From assembly GCF_009914755.1 (NCBI RefSeq), contig NC_060926.1: DNA of 64,000 bases; one strand, written 5' to 3'. Each line of letters begins with the position of its first letter. Position 1 is the first letter of the stretch. The notes under the pieces are model-generated. The model was not told the DNA's origin, made no database searches, and saw only the letters and a program-made list of their open reading frames with translations. Source of the DNA: the human T2T-CHM13v2.0 reference genome, Homo sapiens. Of this stretch, positions 19,922 to 42,048 are shown one piece after another. The position numbers were made by a program, and so were the translations under genes.

Positions 19922-20666
19922 TTACTTAATAATAATTTAATTAACCTTTTCATAGTCTGACTATTCAAGATGAAGATGAAATGAAGACTCTTATAAAAAA
20001 CAGACCTGTTGAAGTATATGAATGAACACATATGAAATATAAAATTGACCATTTTTACAATGTAGTTGATAAGATATGGTTTTCGTATGTTCATAACCAC
20101 TAGAGGGGTTTTTAATACATAAATACAAGAGGCAATAAAGAAAAGGTATAACAAAATCTGTCAGTTCTCACAACTGTACAAACCACTTCTGCTACATTTT
20201 AGAAACATCTGATACCTGTACAGTGGGAGTCAATTAACAGAAATCAAGTGGCATCTTTAAGACAATCCAAAATGATGCAGATGAGGAAACTGTGGCTCAG
20301 ACTAGCCTGAAAACCCAGTCTATAACTTTCTGAGACTCTTTCCTTTAAAATATGCTGTCACCAACAACTATACACAGTCTTGACTTAACACAAACTATTT
20401 CACCTGCTGTAGGGTGACAAATACAATTTGAAATTGAGAGAATTAATATTACCCAAATATAAATAGTGTTCTTGTCTAATGCCTACATATTAAATGTAAT
20501 TGATTGGTTGATATGATTTCAGTGGCTTACGTTTATTATCTGTTAGTTGGTGGCGTAATTTGAATCTGGAGATCCTTATTCTTAACCTACTATTTCCACT
20601 CTACTATGTATGTGATTTTCACCTATTGCGGTTCAATTTTCCAATCTTATTGAAAAATTCAATTCA

Positions 20667-20962
20667 TTTTTTCTTTTTTTTTTGAGACAGAGTCTTGCTC
20701 TGTCACCCAGGCTGGAGTGCAGTGGTGCAATCTTGGCTCAGGGCAACCTCTGCATCCTGAGTTCAAGTGATTCTCCTGCCTCGGCCTCCTGAGTGGCTGG
20801 GACTACAGGCGCCTGCCACCATGCCTAATTTTTGTATTTTTAGTAGAGATGGGGTTTCACCATGTTGGCTAGGCTGGTCTTGAACTCTTGACCTCAGGTG
20901 ATCTGCCCACCTTGACCTCCCAAAGTGCTGGGATTACAGGCGTGAGCCACTGCACGCACAGC
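20667..20962 (-). mobile_element. AluSx-like
   Basis: Reverse Alu consensus; TSD-like TCAATTCATTT. Confidence 0.9.
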
Positions 20963-21548
20963 CCTCAATTCATTTCGACTGACTATTTATGACTGTGATA
21001 ACCATAAAATGGTTAAACAGATACTTGGCTTTCATGGTATTATACTACTTAAAGTGAATTCCTTTTATTAAAAAATTTAGACAAAACAATCAAGTAATTT
21101 TCAAATAATAACAAAGTATGAACTACTTTCATTTGAACTTCTCCTTAGAATGATTAAAAAATTTTTAAATCAGTGCTGGGCATGGTGGCTCACACCTATA
21201 ATCTCAGCACTTTGGGAGGCTGAGGTGGGAGGGTTGCTTGAGCCCAGGAGTTCAAGATCAGCCAGGGCAACACAGTGAGACCCTGTCTCTTGAAATTTTT
21301 TTTTTTTAAATCGGAACTGATTGTTTGCAAAAACCAGAATTAATATATTACAGTTGAAAATTCATCTTACTTTCGATCTTTACATTTATTAAAAGATGTA
21401 AAGGATCACATTCTGTGATCACAATCTCTGAAATCTTTGCTTTTTAAGTTTTTCAGCATATTTTAAAGGCCAAAAGCAGTATAATCTTGATGTGGACTAT
21501 GTCTCTAAATCACCAAGTATCTCATTTGCATCTTGATTGGTAATATCA

Positions 21549-21719
<171 letters not shown>

Positions 21720-22346
21720 TTATGATCAAAATATTTCAAACTAGGGAAAAAAAACTTTTGCTTTTTAAAGATAAGTAGGTCTATACCGTAGACTTAACAT
21801 TGTACAAAAAAGAAATAAGATTAAATAGTAGGCATTTCACAGATTTTAAATGTTCTTTCCTAGGCTCATCAATAAAATGATCTTTTTCGTTAAAAAAAGT
21901 AAACAAAGTAAGATAGACATTTGATGGTTATACTATTATTTTAGATGAATAAGTCCTTAAGAAGCAGGAATACTAAGAAGCTCAGAAGAATGTTCAGAAA
22001 TACTATGGGGAAAATTTATACACAATTAAGGAGAAAATAAAATTCCATGAACTTTTACATATTTAATAGGAAAATCAGGTAGAGAAAAAAATCTTTCGCG
22101 TTTAGGAAGTACTGAAGTACTTCCTAAAAGAAGGGAAATATCAAAGAAGTGGAAGACATTATCACTACTAATAAATGTTCACTATTATTTTATTCACAGC
22201 CAGAGTGATAAGAAATATTTCCCTACTTCATTAACTATAATTTTTTACTTTTTAAATTTTTTAAATTTAAATGGGTCTGAGAACCAAGGGATATAATTTT
22301 CTTTTCTTGTGGGAATAACTAAGCCCCAAAACAGAACTGTTTATCA

Positions 22347-22661
<315 letters not shown>

Positions 22662-24779
22662 GGGAATTAATGCCTAATGAAACAGAGCTTCTTTTTCAGT
22701 TTCTTTGAGGAAAAATAACATGTTCACTTTATGAAAGGAAGAACCAGGAAAAATAATAGAAAATAATGAACATGAGTGGAGATATAGATGAAAGCTAAAT
22801 AAGCATTCACTGTGTCTTATCAAGAGTGACTAATAAGCTGACAGCTTTATTTGAGTTCTGGTAAGCAAATTAATATCATATAAATCATTACAATTTGGAT
22901 AAAGCAAAACCTGTTATCAAATTTAAAAACTGTTTAATAATTCAACACTCCAGTGGTTTGCCTTGTTTAAGCAAAAGGATTCTGGCCAAGATATTTTACT
23001 TCAGCTCTCTGCCAAAGATGACAATTGTACAGTGATTTGTACCAGAGGGGGGACTTAAGTCTTTGGTAAGGATCGCCAACAGCTGGAAAGTATTTATTGC
23101 ATAAAATATGTCCATGATACTTTACCAACATTGTAGAGAATGTAAGCTATAAATACAGTTTATATTACAAAGAGTTTACAATCTAAAATTAAACACAAGA
23201 ATATAACGGAAAAATCACCAAAACAAATTAAATGGAAAATAATCATTTTCACAAAGGTTTTCCTTTTAGATTTTTTTGGGACACATTATTATTTGAATTA
23301 GATTAAAATTAGCAATAATGGTTGTTATGATAGTCTCAATCATTTAGCCTCTACTTACTATCATATAATTTTCTGAATTTTTTTTAAGAGACAGGGTCTC
23401 ACTATGTTGCCCAGGCTGGACTCAAACTCCTGGGCTCAAGCAATCTTCCTGCCTCAGCCTCCCAAGTAGATGGGACTATAGATAGGTGTGTGCCTCCTCA
23501 TTCCATACAGTTAATTTTTTGAGTAATTATTTGAAGATCAAATACTGGAGGCTTATATATTTATTTTTCATTCATTTTTAAAGCATTTCTACAAAATCTA
23601 TAGTTGATCTTTAAAGTGGTGAGACATGATATCTGTATCAATAATCCCCTCATATCACCATCATAAGTCAGAAGATGACTAAAAATCTATTCTGAAACTG
23701 TAAAATAGCAATAGGAGCTGCCTTTGCATTTCTAGATTCAGGATTGTCTGTTCTGTAATTTCCATTAAAACTTTTGAAGTAGAGTCAGGATTATCTCTCT
23801 ACTACCCTGTAGCTTCTAGCACATTCTAGGTCATGGAGCTGGGTTCTGTCACTTTTAAATACTCATTCTTACTGAGAGTCATAGCCAACACAGAGCCAAA
23901 AGCAACAGAGCGGGCTCCAAAACTCATCTTCTTAACTTTACATTCCTTCCTGATTAACATTTTTTCTGTCATATATCCAAATAAACTGAGCTTATCTGAA
24001 CCAAAATAACTCTGAAAGCAATAGGATTTTTGACTCCCTTAACGAAATTCAAGCAGAACTCAACAGCTTTCTAAGTAACTCTTCTAAAGGAATTACTCCC
24101 ATGGAAACTGAGGTTTTATATAATATTCATTAAGTACTCCAGGTTACTTTTGGTTTTTGTTGCGTCCCAGGGATACCTGCTCAGTGTTTTAAGCTTTCAT
24201 TTCAATTTCAGCTAGCAATATCATTAGCGTACACAGCTAAAGCCATCCATTTTAGCCAGGTATCTTAGTCCAGTTGTTTCAAAGGCATATACTACCCAAT
24301 GGAGCTGAGGTAAGGATGGCTTTACCTTCAGATTTTGAGAAGGTTACTGGTACAGTATCACTCCATTAGTGGTAAAAAGAAGCACTCCTTCCCACTCCCC
24401 AAGTGACCCACCACTAAATCATTTTAACAATGAAAGCTGTTATAAAATAGAAGGAGAATGATATGTGTTAACTTTATCATGGCAAAGATGCTGAACTCTA
24501 AAGATAGAAAAAATGGTGAAGTAGAAAGACACCGGACAGCCCTTCAGTCAAGACTAATTAGCCATTAGTAAATGGCTAATTCTAAGGCTAGGGCAGGGAG
24601 AAAATACATGGTAGGTTTGGGAAATCTTATGCCAGAAAATAAGGAAGTGCTCAAAGTTTAATGGAGACATGTCAAAAGAATACAAGTGTCAACTGAAGGG
24701 GTTTCTACAGGCCACATTTTGGATAACTGGAGCCTCAAAAAGAATAATAAATAATAAATAATACATTGAAAAAACATAA

Positions 24780-25760
24780 ATCCACAGCAATTGAAAAACA
24801 GAATGCAATATGAAGCATTTCAATTTAGGAAAACAGAAAAAGAGTAAGTCTTAAGGAAGTAGAAGAAAGGTAAGAAAATTAATTTTTGAAATTAAATTGA
24901 TAACAAAGAAACTAAAGAGAATCAAATTAAAAGTTGGTTCTTTTAGAAACCTATTAAAAAACAAACATCACAAAACTGATAGAAAAAAGAATACGAGGCC
25001 GGGCGCGGTGGCTCACGCCTGTAATCTCGGCACTTCGGGAGGCCAAGGCGGGTGGATCACGAGGTCAAGAAAAAAGAATACGAGGAGAGAAAAAGGCATA
25101 ATTACAGATACAACAGAGATTTTTAAAAATTACAATAAGCTTTATGTGAATCTATTTGAAAATAAATGAAATGGGTAATTTTCCAGGAAGAAAAATTACC
25201 AAAATTGACCCAAGAAATAGAAAAGCTATATAAGTCACTAACTCTTAAAGAAATTAAATTGCTAACTAAATGTCCCCTTCTTGAAAGAAACACCAAGCCC
25301 AGATGCTTTCAAATGTAGCTTTCTTGGATCTTCAAGAAACAGCTAATCTTTTCATACGTCAACTATTTAAAAAAATAGTAAAAGAGGTAAAACTACTCAT
25401 TTTATTAGGCTAATATAACCTTGACATCAAAATTAGACAATGATGATATGAGACAATTAAAAAAATCAATCTTATTCTAAAATAAAACTTGATAAAATCA
25501 AATTTTTAATTTTAAAAAGCACAAAATAAGAACAGTAATAGTAATACCAATTAAACTTAATGTGACCAAGAAGGATTTTTTCCTAAGAATGAAAGGATGG
25601 TCCAACATCAGAAAAAAATCTATCAATGTAATCTAACACAAATAAAGGAGATAAATCTTAGAGCCATTTTTGATAAATGCAGGGAAAAAATAAAAAATAA
25701 TCACACTTTAAAAAAATGATAAAACCTTAAATTAGGAATAGAGAGGAACTTCCTTAATAG
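24780..25760 (+). mobile_element. Old L1M ORF2 fragment
   Basis: A-rich degenerate L1 ORF2-like sequence (AAAGTTGGTTCTTTT, TTACAGATACAACAGAGAT, CCAAGCCCAGATGCTTTC). Confidence 0.7.
24997..25069 (+). mobile_element. 3'-truncated Alu (5' ~70 nt only) with perfect TSD
   Basis: GGCCGGGCGCGG...CACGAGGTCAAG between two copies of AGAAAAAAGAATACGA (24981-24996, 25068-25083). Confidence 0.9.
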
Positions 25761-26279
25761 TTTCTGTCAGTTATCTTACACAGAAATATACTAAATCTGT
25801 AATCAAAATACCTGAAATTAATTCATATTAGCATATACATGGTATTTAGCAACCATGAAACACCAATGAGATTTCCAAAATTTTAATAATGTTCATGTAA
25901 AACAACTAATTGTATTTGCTGTTAACTCATTTTATTTTTTAAAAGCAACTGTTAAATGAAGGAAACTTGTTCCTTTCATCTTCTGCCTCCAATTCTTCTC
26001 CTTACCCCTTCTCTAGAGCCCAGACTTTTGCTCTTCTTATGCCACTGACTGCTCCTGTCAAGGTCACTCAATGGCTACCACATTGCAAAGTGCAAAAGTT
26101 AATGTTCAGTATTCATATTACTTGACCTGTCAGGATCATGATACAATTGATCACTTCCTCCTCCTAAAAACACTTTTCTTTACTTGGCTTCCAGGACACC
26201 TCATTCTCCTTGTTTTCCTCTTACTTCACTGGCCCTTCCTTCTCAGTATCTTTAGCTAGTTCCTTCTCAACTCCCTGGC

Positions 26280-32410
<6,131 letters not shown>

Positions 32411-33860
32411 AACTCCCTATTTTTTTCAGTCAGGAAAATTAGGAGTCCTGATTAGTTCAGTCACACCAATCGTGGCTAGATCTTTTGCCTTCTAACATTC
32501 CCACTACACATGCTACTTTTCTGTTCCTTAGTTAACTTATATAGGTAATAGCTCTTTAAGCAGACATTTTAATTTACCTAAAAGCAGTAACTACTTTTTC
32601 TACTTTATTACACCCTATAAAAGTGGACAGAGTTGGAAATCAGTGGATGCTTGCTGAAAGAAGGAAATGTGCATTCTTCTCTACAGGTGTTTTCACAGCT
32701 GCCGGGGCATCTTTATAAAGCTTCCCCAGGTCTCAGTGATAAAGACCATGGCTTTTACATTACATCATTTCTCATAGAGGGAATGGTTGATACATGACAT
32801 GTGACAGCAGGATTACTTTATCAGGTAAAGGAATTACTAAATGAACTATTAATACTTGGAGTTATTGAGTCAGGTTAAAGTTTCCAGGTAGTGGGAATCT
32901 ATAAAAGAGAACGGAAAAGTTGCTTCAGGAACAAATGGAGGGAAGAAATAGTCAACCTTCTGTTTAGAATGTGAGCTAATATCACAGCTGTTACTCTGAT
33001 GGTAATTCCTGTCTACTATTTATAAACTAAGTGTTAAGACAAAGTACGACATGACAAAATGTTCTAAACACAATGCAAAATAAAATAACCTAAAGGTCCA
33101 AAATTTAGTTCAATAGGTGAAATTAAAAATTTTATCTTTCTGAAGTAGGAAAGATGTACAAAAAACACAAAAATGAAATAAAAAGAAGTTATAAAGAATT
33201 TCTAAATGAGTAAAGAAAGTACTAAACTAAGGCAAGACACTACAAAAAGGAAAAGAATTTCAAAGACTAAAACATAAACAGTAAAAGTCTAGGAAGACTA
33301 GGGGGCTAACATATAAAATGTTAAAAGCAAAAGAGACACACACAACACCTAAATAGGTATCAGCTAAGATAGCGGCAAAAATTGAACAAAAACTAGAAAA
33401 ACTGAGAAAAATTAGATTGAAAAGATAGTTTCTAAAATGAGAAGAATCTGCCCAAGTGTCCATCAATTACAGGAATGGATAAACAAAATGTGGTTTATAC
33501 ATACAAAGGAATATTATTCAACTATAAAAAGAAATGAAGTTATGATACATGCATACAACACAGATGAACTTTGAAAGCCACTGAATTGCATACTTTAAAA
33601 TGGATCAAGTGGAAAACTTTGTTATACATATATTTTACCCGAAGAAAGGAGGAAGCCAAAACAGACTAAAAGAAAAATCAGTATGCGACAAAACCAGAAA
33701 TTAAAATAAAAAAAATATTAAAATCATAAATTTGTGAAACTATTGCAAGAATACCACCCCCAAATATCATTAAGGAACCTAAGGAACATAAGAAGTAAAA
33801 GGTAGGAGAGGGATGTCAAAGCAGCAGCAGCACAAATAGATCATTTAATCCTACTTACTG

Positions 33861-33992
33861 TAGGATGACCATATAATTTACCATTCTAACCAGGACACTT
33901 TTGAGAGGAAAGGGGACACTATTAATAATTACACAGGGACAACAGGTGTAGGCTGGAGCTGTGCCAGGCAAAAGTGGTTATGTGGTTACTCT
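33861..33992. mobile_element. MER81-like hAT-Blackjack fossil
   Basis: TAGGATGACCATATAATTTA...GGACACTTTTGAGAG...GTGGTTACTCT. Confidence 0.65.
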
Positions 33993-34370
33993 CTATATAA
34001 GGGCAATCAGGTCCTTAAGGTTGAGTTCACGCCCACAGCTTGGGGTCTGGCAGAAGTACAATACTCTGACAGTGTCTTCCTGAATGACTCAAGTGGTCAA
34101 AAACGCAAGATTATTTTTCATTTTTTTACAGAGAAATAAAATACAATTCATGGCCTTTACTGAAGTTTACTGATTTGTGATTCATAAAACAATTAGCGTA
34201 TCATTAGATTTTATTAAGAGCTATAATTTAGTGTTCTAGGAAATTTAGAAGGCCGAATTATACTTTGAAATGCACTGGCAGGCATACTAAGGAAGTCCTG
34301 AGGTGAATCATTTTTTATAAACCTACATTTTTATATATTACATTAGAGCCCTATAAATATATGTATACAC

Positions 34371-34622
34371 TTTTTTTTTTTTTTTTTTTTCAGACAGAGT
34401 CTCCCTGTCACCCAGGCTGGAGTGCTGTGGTGCGATCTCAGCTCACCGCAACCTCTGCCTCCTGGGTTCAAGAGATTCTCTGCCTCAGCCTCCCAAGTAG
34501 CTGGGATTACAGGTGGGTGCCATGACGCCTAGCTAACTTTTGTATTTTTAGTAGAGACAGGGTTTTACCATGTTGGCCAGGCTGGTCTCGAACTCCTGAC
34601 CTCAGGTGATCTGCCTGCCTCG
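34371..34622 (-). mobile_element. 5'-truncated AluS
   Basis: Poly-T plus reverse Alu; TSD-like ATGTATA(C/T)ACT. Confidence 0.88.
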
Positions 34623-34786
34623 ATGTATATACTCTTTTATACTTACTTTTGACTAGAGACAATTGAGACTTGAAAATTAGAAAAATCAAGTTAGAATTAC
34701 TGAGAAAATTAGTAGCTCTGATATTCTACCCATTCTTTATTTTTAAATTAAAATTAATCTTAATGACCTACAAATAGGTTAACTTA

Positions 34787-35340
<554 letters not shown>

Positions 35341-35889
35341 CTAAAACAAAAAACAAAACAAGAAACAAAATATAAATTTGCAAATAAGTACACAGACTTA
35401 ATGGGGTATCTCAGGAACTCAGGGCTGTAAAAGGTAAAAAGCCCTTTGGTCTTACATAATTATGAACGTATCTTTGGTATATATGTGGAAGATAAACTGG
35501 AAAAGCCTAATTATTTAATAAAGGTGGGGGAGGGAAGATTAATTATTGTTGAGTGTTAACTAACTGCCAGGTGCTTTTATCTTGTTTGTCTAATTTAAAT
35601 TTTATATGGACTTAATAAAGTAGATATTACCATGCACATTTTACAGGTTGCCAAACTGTGGCTGTGGGAGGTTCTAAGCAACTGTTCCAGGTCACTTGTA
35701 CAGTAAGCTGTATAGCAAAAAATCCAATTTGGTTCGGTTCCAAATACTGGACATACTCAACTTCGGATTTTTAATGTTAAAAAGGTATTTAGCGCTTTAA
35801 TTAAAAACAACAAAAAACCCCTGCAAGATGCACAAATAAAATGTAAGGCCATCTCTGGTTTGTCAGGAGGTAGCTTTTATTAACCTTGA

Positions 35890-36110
35890 TTGCTAATAAG
35901 TAGTTAAGAGTCAGAGAGACCTGGGTTGAGGTCTTAGCTCCTACACTTAACTGTGTCTCCGGGCCTCAGTTTCTTCATCTGCAAAAATGAAATGACACCA
36001 TTTACCTTCTAGGGTTGTTGTTGTAAAGACAAAATGAGACAGCTTAACATTAAGACCATACAGTGCCTGGCACATAGTGACCACTCAATAAATGGCAGTT
36101 GCTATTATTT
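35890..36110 (+). mobile_element. MIR
   Basis: MIR core GGGCCTCAGTTTCTTCATCTGCAAAAATG and end CAGTGCCTGGCACATAGT...CTCAATAAATGGCAG. Confidence 0.8.
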
Positions 36111-36825
36111 ACGACAGGAATAATCTAGGTATGTTGCACACCGCTGAATGTCATTATGGAAGTCTTCCACAAAATGCCCCCTGGTATCAAAGGTAGAATG
36201 CTGCGTCAAATTTACCATAGATCAGATGCGCTACGACGCCCCCGCCCCCCTTAATCCCTTTCCATGTCGCAGCAAAATAATGGGCGATTGGGGGTAGGGG
36301 AGCAACACTAGTTTACTAGCCGACACTAGTAAAAAAAGGGGAAAAAAGACCCGAATAACAAGGACCTGCAAAGGTCCTACATCACCACGTTCCCACAGCC
36401 TTTATCCATCCATCTTTCATCCCCAAGAAGACAGTATGCAAGGCTAGGATGGGGGTGGGGTAGATAAATGGGTGTTCTCAGGAGAACCTATTCGTTTACC
36501 CCGTGCAACTCTCCACCCCAGGGATGAGGCGATCTGAATGCAACAGGGAGAGGGACCAGGTGACACGCACGCAGTGCCGGGACATTAGTCAAAAAGCGAG
36601 GACCTGGGGACTGAGGGGTGGGTGGCTGGGCGGGGGGAGAAAGGGGAGAAGGAAAGAGACCAGCACACCCCCCATACATACGCAAATTGAGAGAATCAGT
36701 CCGGCTCTGGACACAAACCAGTGAAGGCAGGCCGGAGAACCTGAAGCTCTCAGAGGGGAGCAGGTGTCACCGCAGGCAAGTCCAGCCGAAGTCTGCGTTC
36801 CGCAGCCCACAGAACGACAACTTAC

Positions 36826-37663
<838 letters not shown>

Positions 37664-38685
37664 TGAGCTCCTGGGAAACTCAGATCGAAGTAGAAGAACC
37701 CCTTCTAGACATTTTTGTGCGTCTGGGGGACTTTTCCCCTTCTCGCCAGTCTCTGGTGCGCCCGCCGCTCCCCACTGCTCTTTTCCTGCTTCTGTTTTGC
37801 CTCCTTCCCCAGTTTCTTCTAGCTTAACTCCCAGCCTGGTTCGAGTTACCGATATTCGTCTGCACCCTCTGGCCCCGTCTTTTGCCCAGCGTGGTTGACT
37901 ATGCCGGGACTGAGACACGGCATGCGTTCCCTCGGCATCTTCCGTACAGCGGAGCGTGCAAGGAGTAGGAAAAGCTGATACCCTCTCTCACTGAGGTCTC
38001 AAAGTTAAATGATTATCTTGTAGTTTGTAGTGATCAGCGAGATTCTCCGTGTCCAAGGTGGGCTAGTCAAAGTGTGTTCGTTTTTGAATGATGGTATCTT
38101 CTGGTACTTCAAAGTTTCTGCTGTTACTTACAACTCCACTCGTGCAAGCTTGACGGAAGTTCTGATTTATGATCACTCACATTCTTCGCTCACTTCTTGA
38201 AGTGAAGTCTGGTTATTGTTTTTGCATACCAGTGTTATGCCTCTGCCTGAAGTTTTCTGCCGAAAACTTTACTCAGGAGGACATTTTTCCATTTCTGACA
38301 GTTGTGTTTGGAAAAGAGTTTCCCAGCTATTGCCACTTTACTTGAGATTGTGCTTTTAGTATTTTGGGGATCACTTTGTTTGCAGTTGCCTTGAGTCACC
38401 TTTTCATACAGTGGTCTTTTAGTGCTTTTAGAGTTATGAGTTAAGTAGATCATCAGAGTTAATTAAGATTTATTTGCTGATACATTGACAGTCTTTCCAG
38501 ACCAGTAATGATCTGGTTTTGCTATTGTTACAAATGGTATTACAGGATAAGAAAATGCATGTCCTCACAGATCATCATAGGAAGTATCTATAATAAAGTA
38601 AATATCTAATTTTTTTTAATAGTGACCACTGAAATGAGATCTGGCGTGAGCTGGGGAGAGTGGACTCAACCCCCCTTCCCCCCTC

Positions 38686-39447
38686 CTTTTTTTTTGAAAT
38701 GGAGTTTCCCTCTTGTTGCCCAGGCTGGAGTGCAATGGCTGCCATCTCCGCTCACCACAACCTCCGCCTCCAGGGTTCAAATGATTCTCCTTCCTCAGTC
38801 TCCCCAGTAGCTGGGATTACAGGCATGCACCACCACGCCTGGCTAATTTTTTTTTTTTTTAAGTAGAGACGGGGTTTCTCCATGTTTGTCAAGCTGGTCT
38901 CGAACTCCCCACCTCAGGTGATCCACCCACCTCGGCTTCCCAAAGTACTGGGATTACAGGCATGAGCCACCGTGCCCGGCAACCCCCTTCTTTTTTTTTT
39001 TTTTTTTTCGATACAGAGCCTTACTGTGTTGCCCAGACGTGAGTGCAATGGCGCAATCTCGGCTCACTGCAGCCTCCGCCTCCCTGGTTCAAGCAATTCT
39101 CCCGTACTCAGCCTTCCGAATAGCTGGGATTACAGGTGCTCGCCATTACGCCCAGCTAATTTTTGTGTTTTTAGTAGAGACGGAGTTTCGCCATGTTGGC
39201 CAGGCTGGTCTCAAACTCCTGACCTCAGGTGATTCACTTGCCTCGCCTCCCGAAGTGCTGGGATTACAGGTATCAGCCACCATGCCTGCCACGCCCACCG
39301 CCCCCACCCTTCCTTTTTTTTTTTTTTTTTTTTTAAATAAGATAGAGTCTTGCTTGTTGCCCAGGCAGGTAACTCCTGGGCTCAAGCAATCCTCCCACCT
39401 CAGCCTCCTGAGTAGTTGGAATTACAGGGGTATGCCATGATACCTGG
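38686..39447 (-). mobile_element. Three tandem antisense Alus (two AluS and one AluJ fragment)
   Basis: Each is preceded by a C-rich CAACCCCC-like motif and poly-T. Confidence 0.88.
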
Positions 39448-39944
39448 CTTTCAGTGATTCTCAGTATAGTAAAAACTACAGCACTTATGTTCATTCTAAA
39501 TTGCGGTCTAAATGAAAACAGTGACAAGTTTCAGCTGTGGCTGTTACATGAAGTCCCCACACGTTCTGACATCGAAACTTTTGGTATATATCTGCCTGCT
39601 TATAGTCTTTTTATCTTCTCTACTTGGTGAATGATTGTTCATTCTTCACACTTCCATTTCAAACTACTCTTCTGTGAAGCCACCCCTAATGCCTCTGGGC
39701 TAAGTTAGACCCTCAGCCAACTCTACCAATGAGCCCTTTATATTATTTTATGATCATGTGATCAGGGTCTCTTTTTCTTACTAGAATGGGCATTCACCCT
39801 GGGAAAAGGTGATGTTTTATTAATTTACATCCTCTGCACCTAGCACAGGGCCTGGTTAATTGATTTTTAGTAGATGTTGTTCAGTGTCTGTGGAAAGCCT
39901 GAGAGTAAGGACAGTCTTTAAGTGGCGCATAGCACCTAGTCCTT

Positions 39945-40300
39945 AGTGTATTTTATCAGTAAGCTATTGCTAAGTAAGAACCGCAACATCACAGTGGCAT
40001 ACAACAGTTAGTATTTATTTTGTTGGTGCATCTGGGGGCCACCTGGGAGCTGACCGACATAGGCTGTAGTCATCTGGGTATCTCTATGATGCACATGTGG
40101 TCCATATGTCTCTAATCTTTGGACTAGTGGGCTGAAGTCCTCATGGTGATAGCAGAGGTATAAGAGCAAGCCCAACCACAGAGACACATTTTAAACCCCT
40201 GCTCACATCATGTGTTTATTTCCTATTGGCCAAAGTAAGATATTTGGCAAAGGCCAAATTCAAGGGGCAGGGAAATACAACTCCTTCCTTGGAGGTGACA
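39945..40300. mobile_element. MLT1-like LTR fragment
   Basis: ATCAGTAAGCTATTGCT...CAGTGGCATACAACA...CCTATTGGCCAAAGTAAG. Confidence 0.6.
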
Positions 40301-42016
40301 AAGAGGAAGTGAATATTTTTCTATTACAATTTAATCGATCACATATATTAAACATTTACAAGCTCTTAGTAAATGTATTTCAAATGAATGAACCATTCCT
40401 ATCCTATATGCATCTAGTACTGGAAAACTATAAGGAATCTAAGCAGTGCTAGAGATATGTGACTCCTTTTCTCGCTCGTGGGACATCTGAAGAACATCTG
40501 CTCTGTCTACTTGTTTTTTCCTTTAAAATTCTGTCTTTCCATTACCCTATAGAGCTCCAAGGCTGTCTCATGGCCTTTTACTTTATGTTAACTATTCAGT
40601 ATTTTCTGTGTTTTGTAATTAACAAAACATAGGTTTTGAGAGAAAACCTGGTTGACCTAGTGCATCATTTGGTTCCAGGTTACATGGTAAGTTGCCAAGA
40701 TTTGAGTCAAGCGAGTACTTAAATTAGATGAGGTCTGGAAGATGATGAATCAATATCAGTAGAGGTTATGGATGTTGTTCTGTTTTCCTCTTTGTTGAGT
40801 CTCATTACATGTTGACGAAGATGGCCACTGGCAACTCCGGGCTTTCATATCCATCCAGCTAGTAATCCAGAAGAAATAACTCTTTTCCCCAACATCCAAA
40901 TCATTTCCTCCAAAGGACTCTGATAGGCCAAGGTTAGACCAATTGCTGTGTCCAGAATGGGGCACTTTGGCTAACCTGGGTTATCAGCCTACCCTGTGGC
41001 AGGTAAGGTAACAACCTCACTAGAATTACATAGAGTGAGAGAGGGGCAGTTCCTAAAAGGAGGCAATGTAGGGCAGATGAAAAAGTAGCAATGACTGTTA
41101 CACACGTATTTACAAACCACCTACCGAATGAAAAATCTTGCCTAGAGGTATGAATACTTGGCTGAAGAATCTGATTATGGAATATTTCACAGTTCAGTTT
41201 ATATCAAAGCAGGATGCTTTTTCCTGGATTGGCTAATTGAAAAAGTTGGTTAAGAGGTGAATTGTAATAACGATACATATTCCAAGTGAAGTTATTTTCT
41301 GAGTGTCAAATCTTTCTAGATATTTGTAATTCTTCAAATGTTTATAGTTGGCTTCCAACACCTAAACTGATAGTAAACTTTTAAGCAACTTACCTTTATC
41401 TTTCTCAAACATTCAACTTGGCTTTTAGGGTAACGTTAACTCCCTTTCAGCTCTATGTTATTAGTTTTGTAATATTTAATTAATGACAAGTTAAATATTT
41501 AATTGATGACAAATTTAATTTGTTATTTTGAAGAATAAGTAGAATAAAAAGGTTTGTGAAGAAGCACAGTTAACTTGGCAAGCATACAACTTGACACTGG
41601 CGTCAGATGCATCTAAGTCTTGATCCAGTCCTAGGTCTACTACCACGTACTGGATGCTCTTCACTGATCTATATCAAGTATTTAGATTGTTTTGGAATGT
41701 ATTTTTGTTTCACCTTTATTCTTGACTTTGTTTTATATGCTTACTTTTGCTTTCTCTTTTTCTTCATAAATGTTATCTTGTTGTATTGTTCATCTTTTTA
41801 AGCCATCTTGAATCCTTTTGGTAATAGTTGTCATATAAGTCTTCCATAAGTTGTTGGAATTTGGACAACTTTTTACTTTCTAACCTCAGTTTTCTCTTCA
41901 CTTAATGGGAGTGATAACACATACTTTGGAAGGTTGTTTTGAGTATTTGAGATAATATTTGTAAAATGTTTAGCTTGGAATCTGCCACATCATAGACTCA
42001 AAATAAATAGCAGCTA

Positions 42017-42048
<32 letters not shown>

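Noticed and set aside
24556-24581. 11-bp perfect inverted repeat AATTAGCCATT-AGTA-AATGGCTAATT
   Set aside because: An isolated short AT-rich hairpin, too short for a pre-miRNA and plausible by chance or local template switching.
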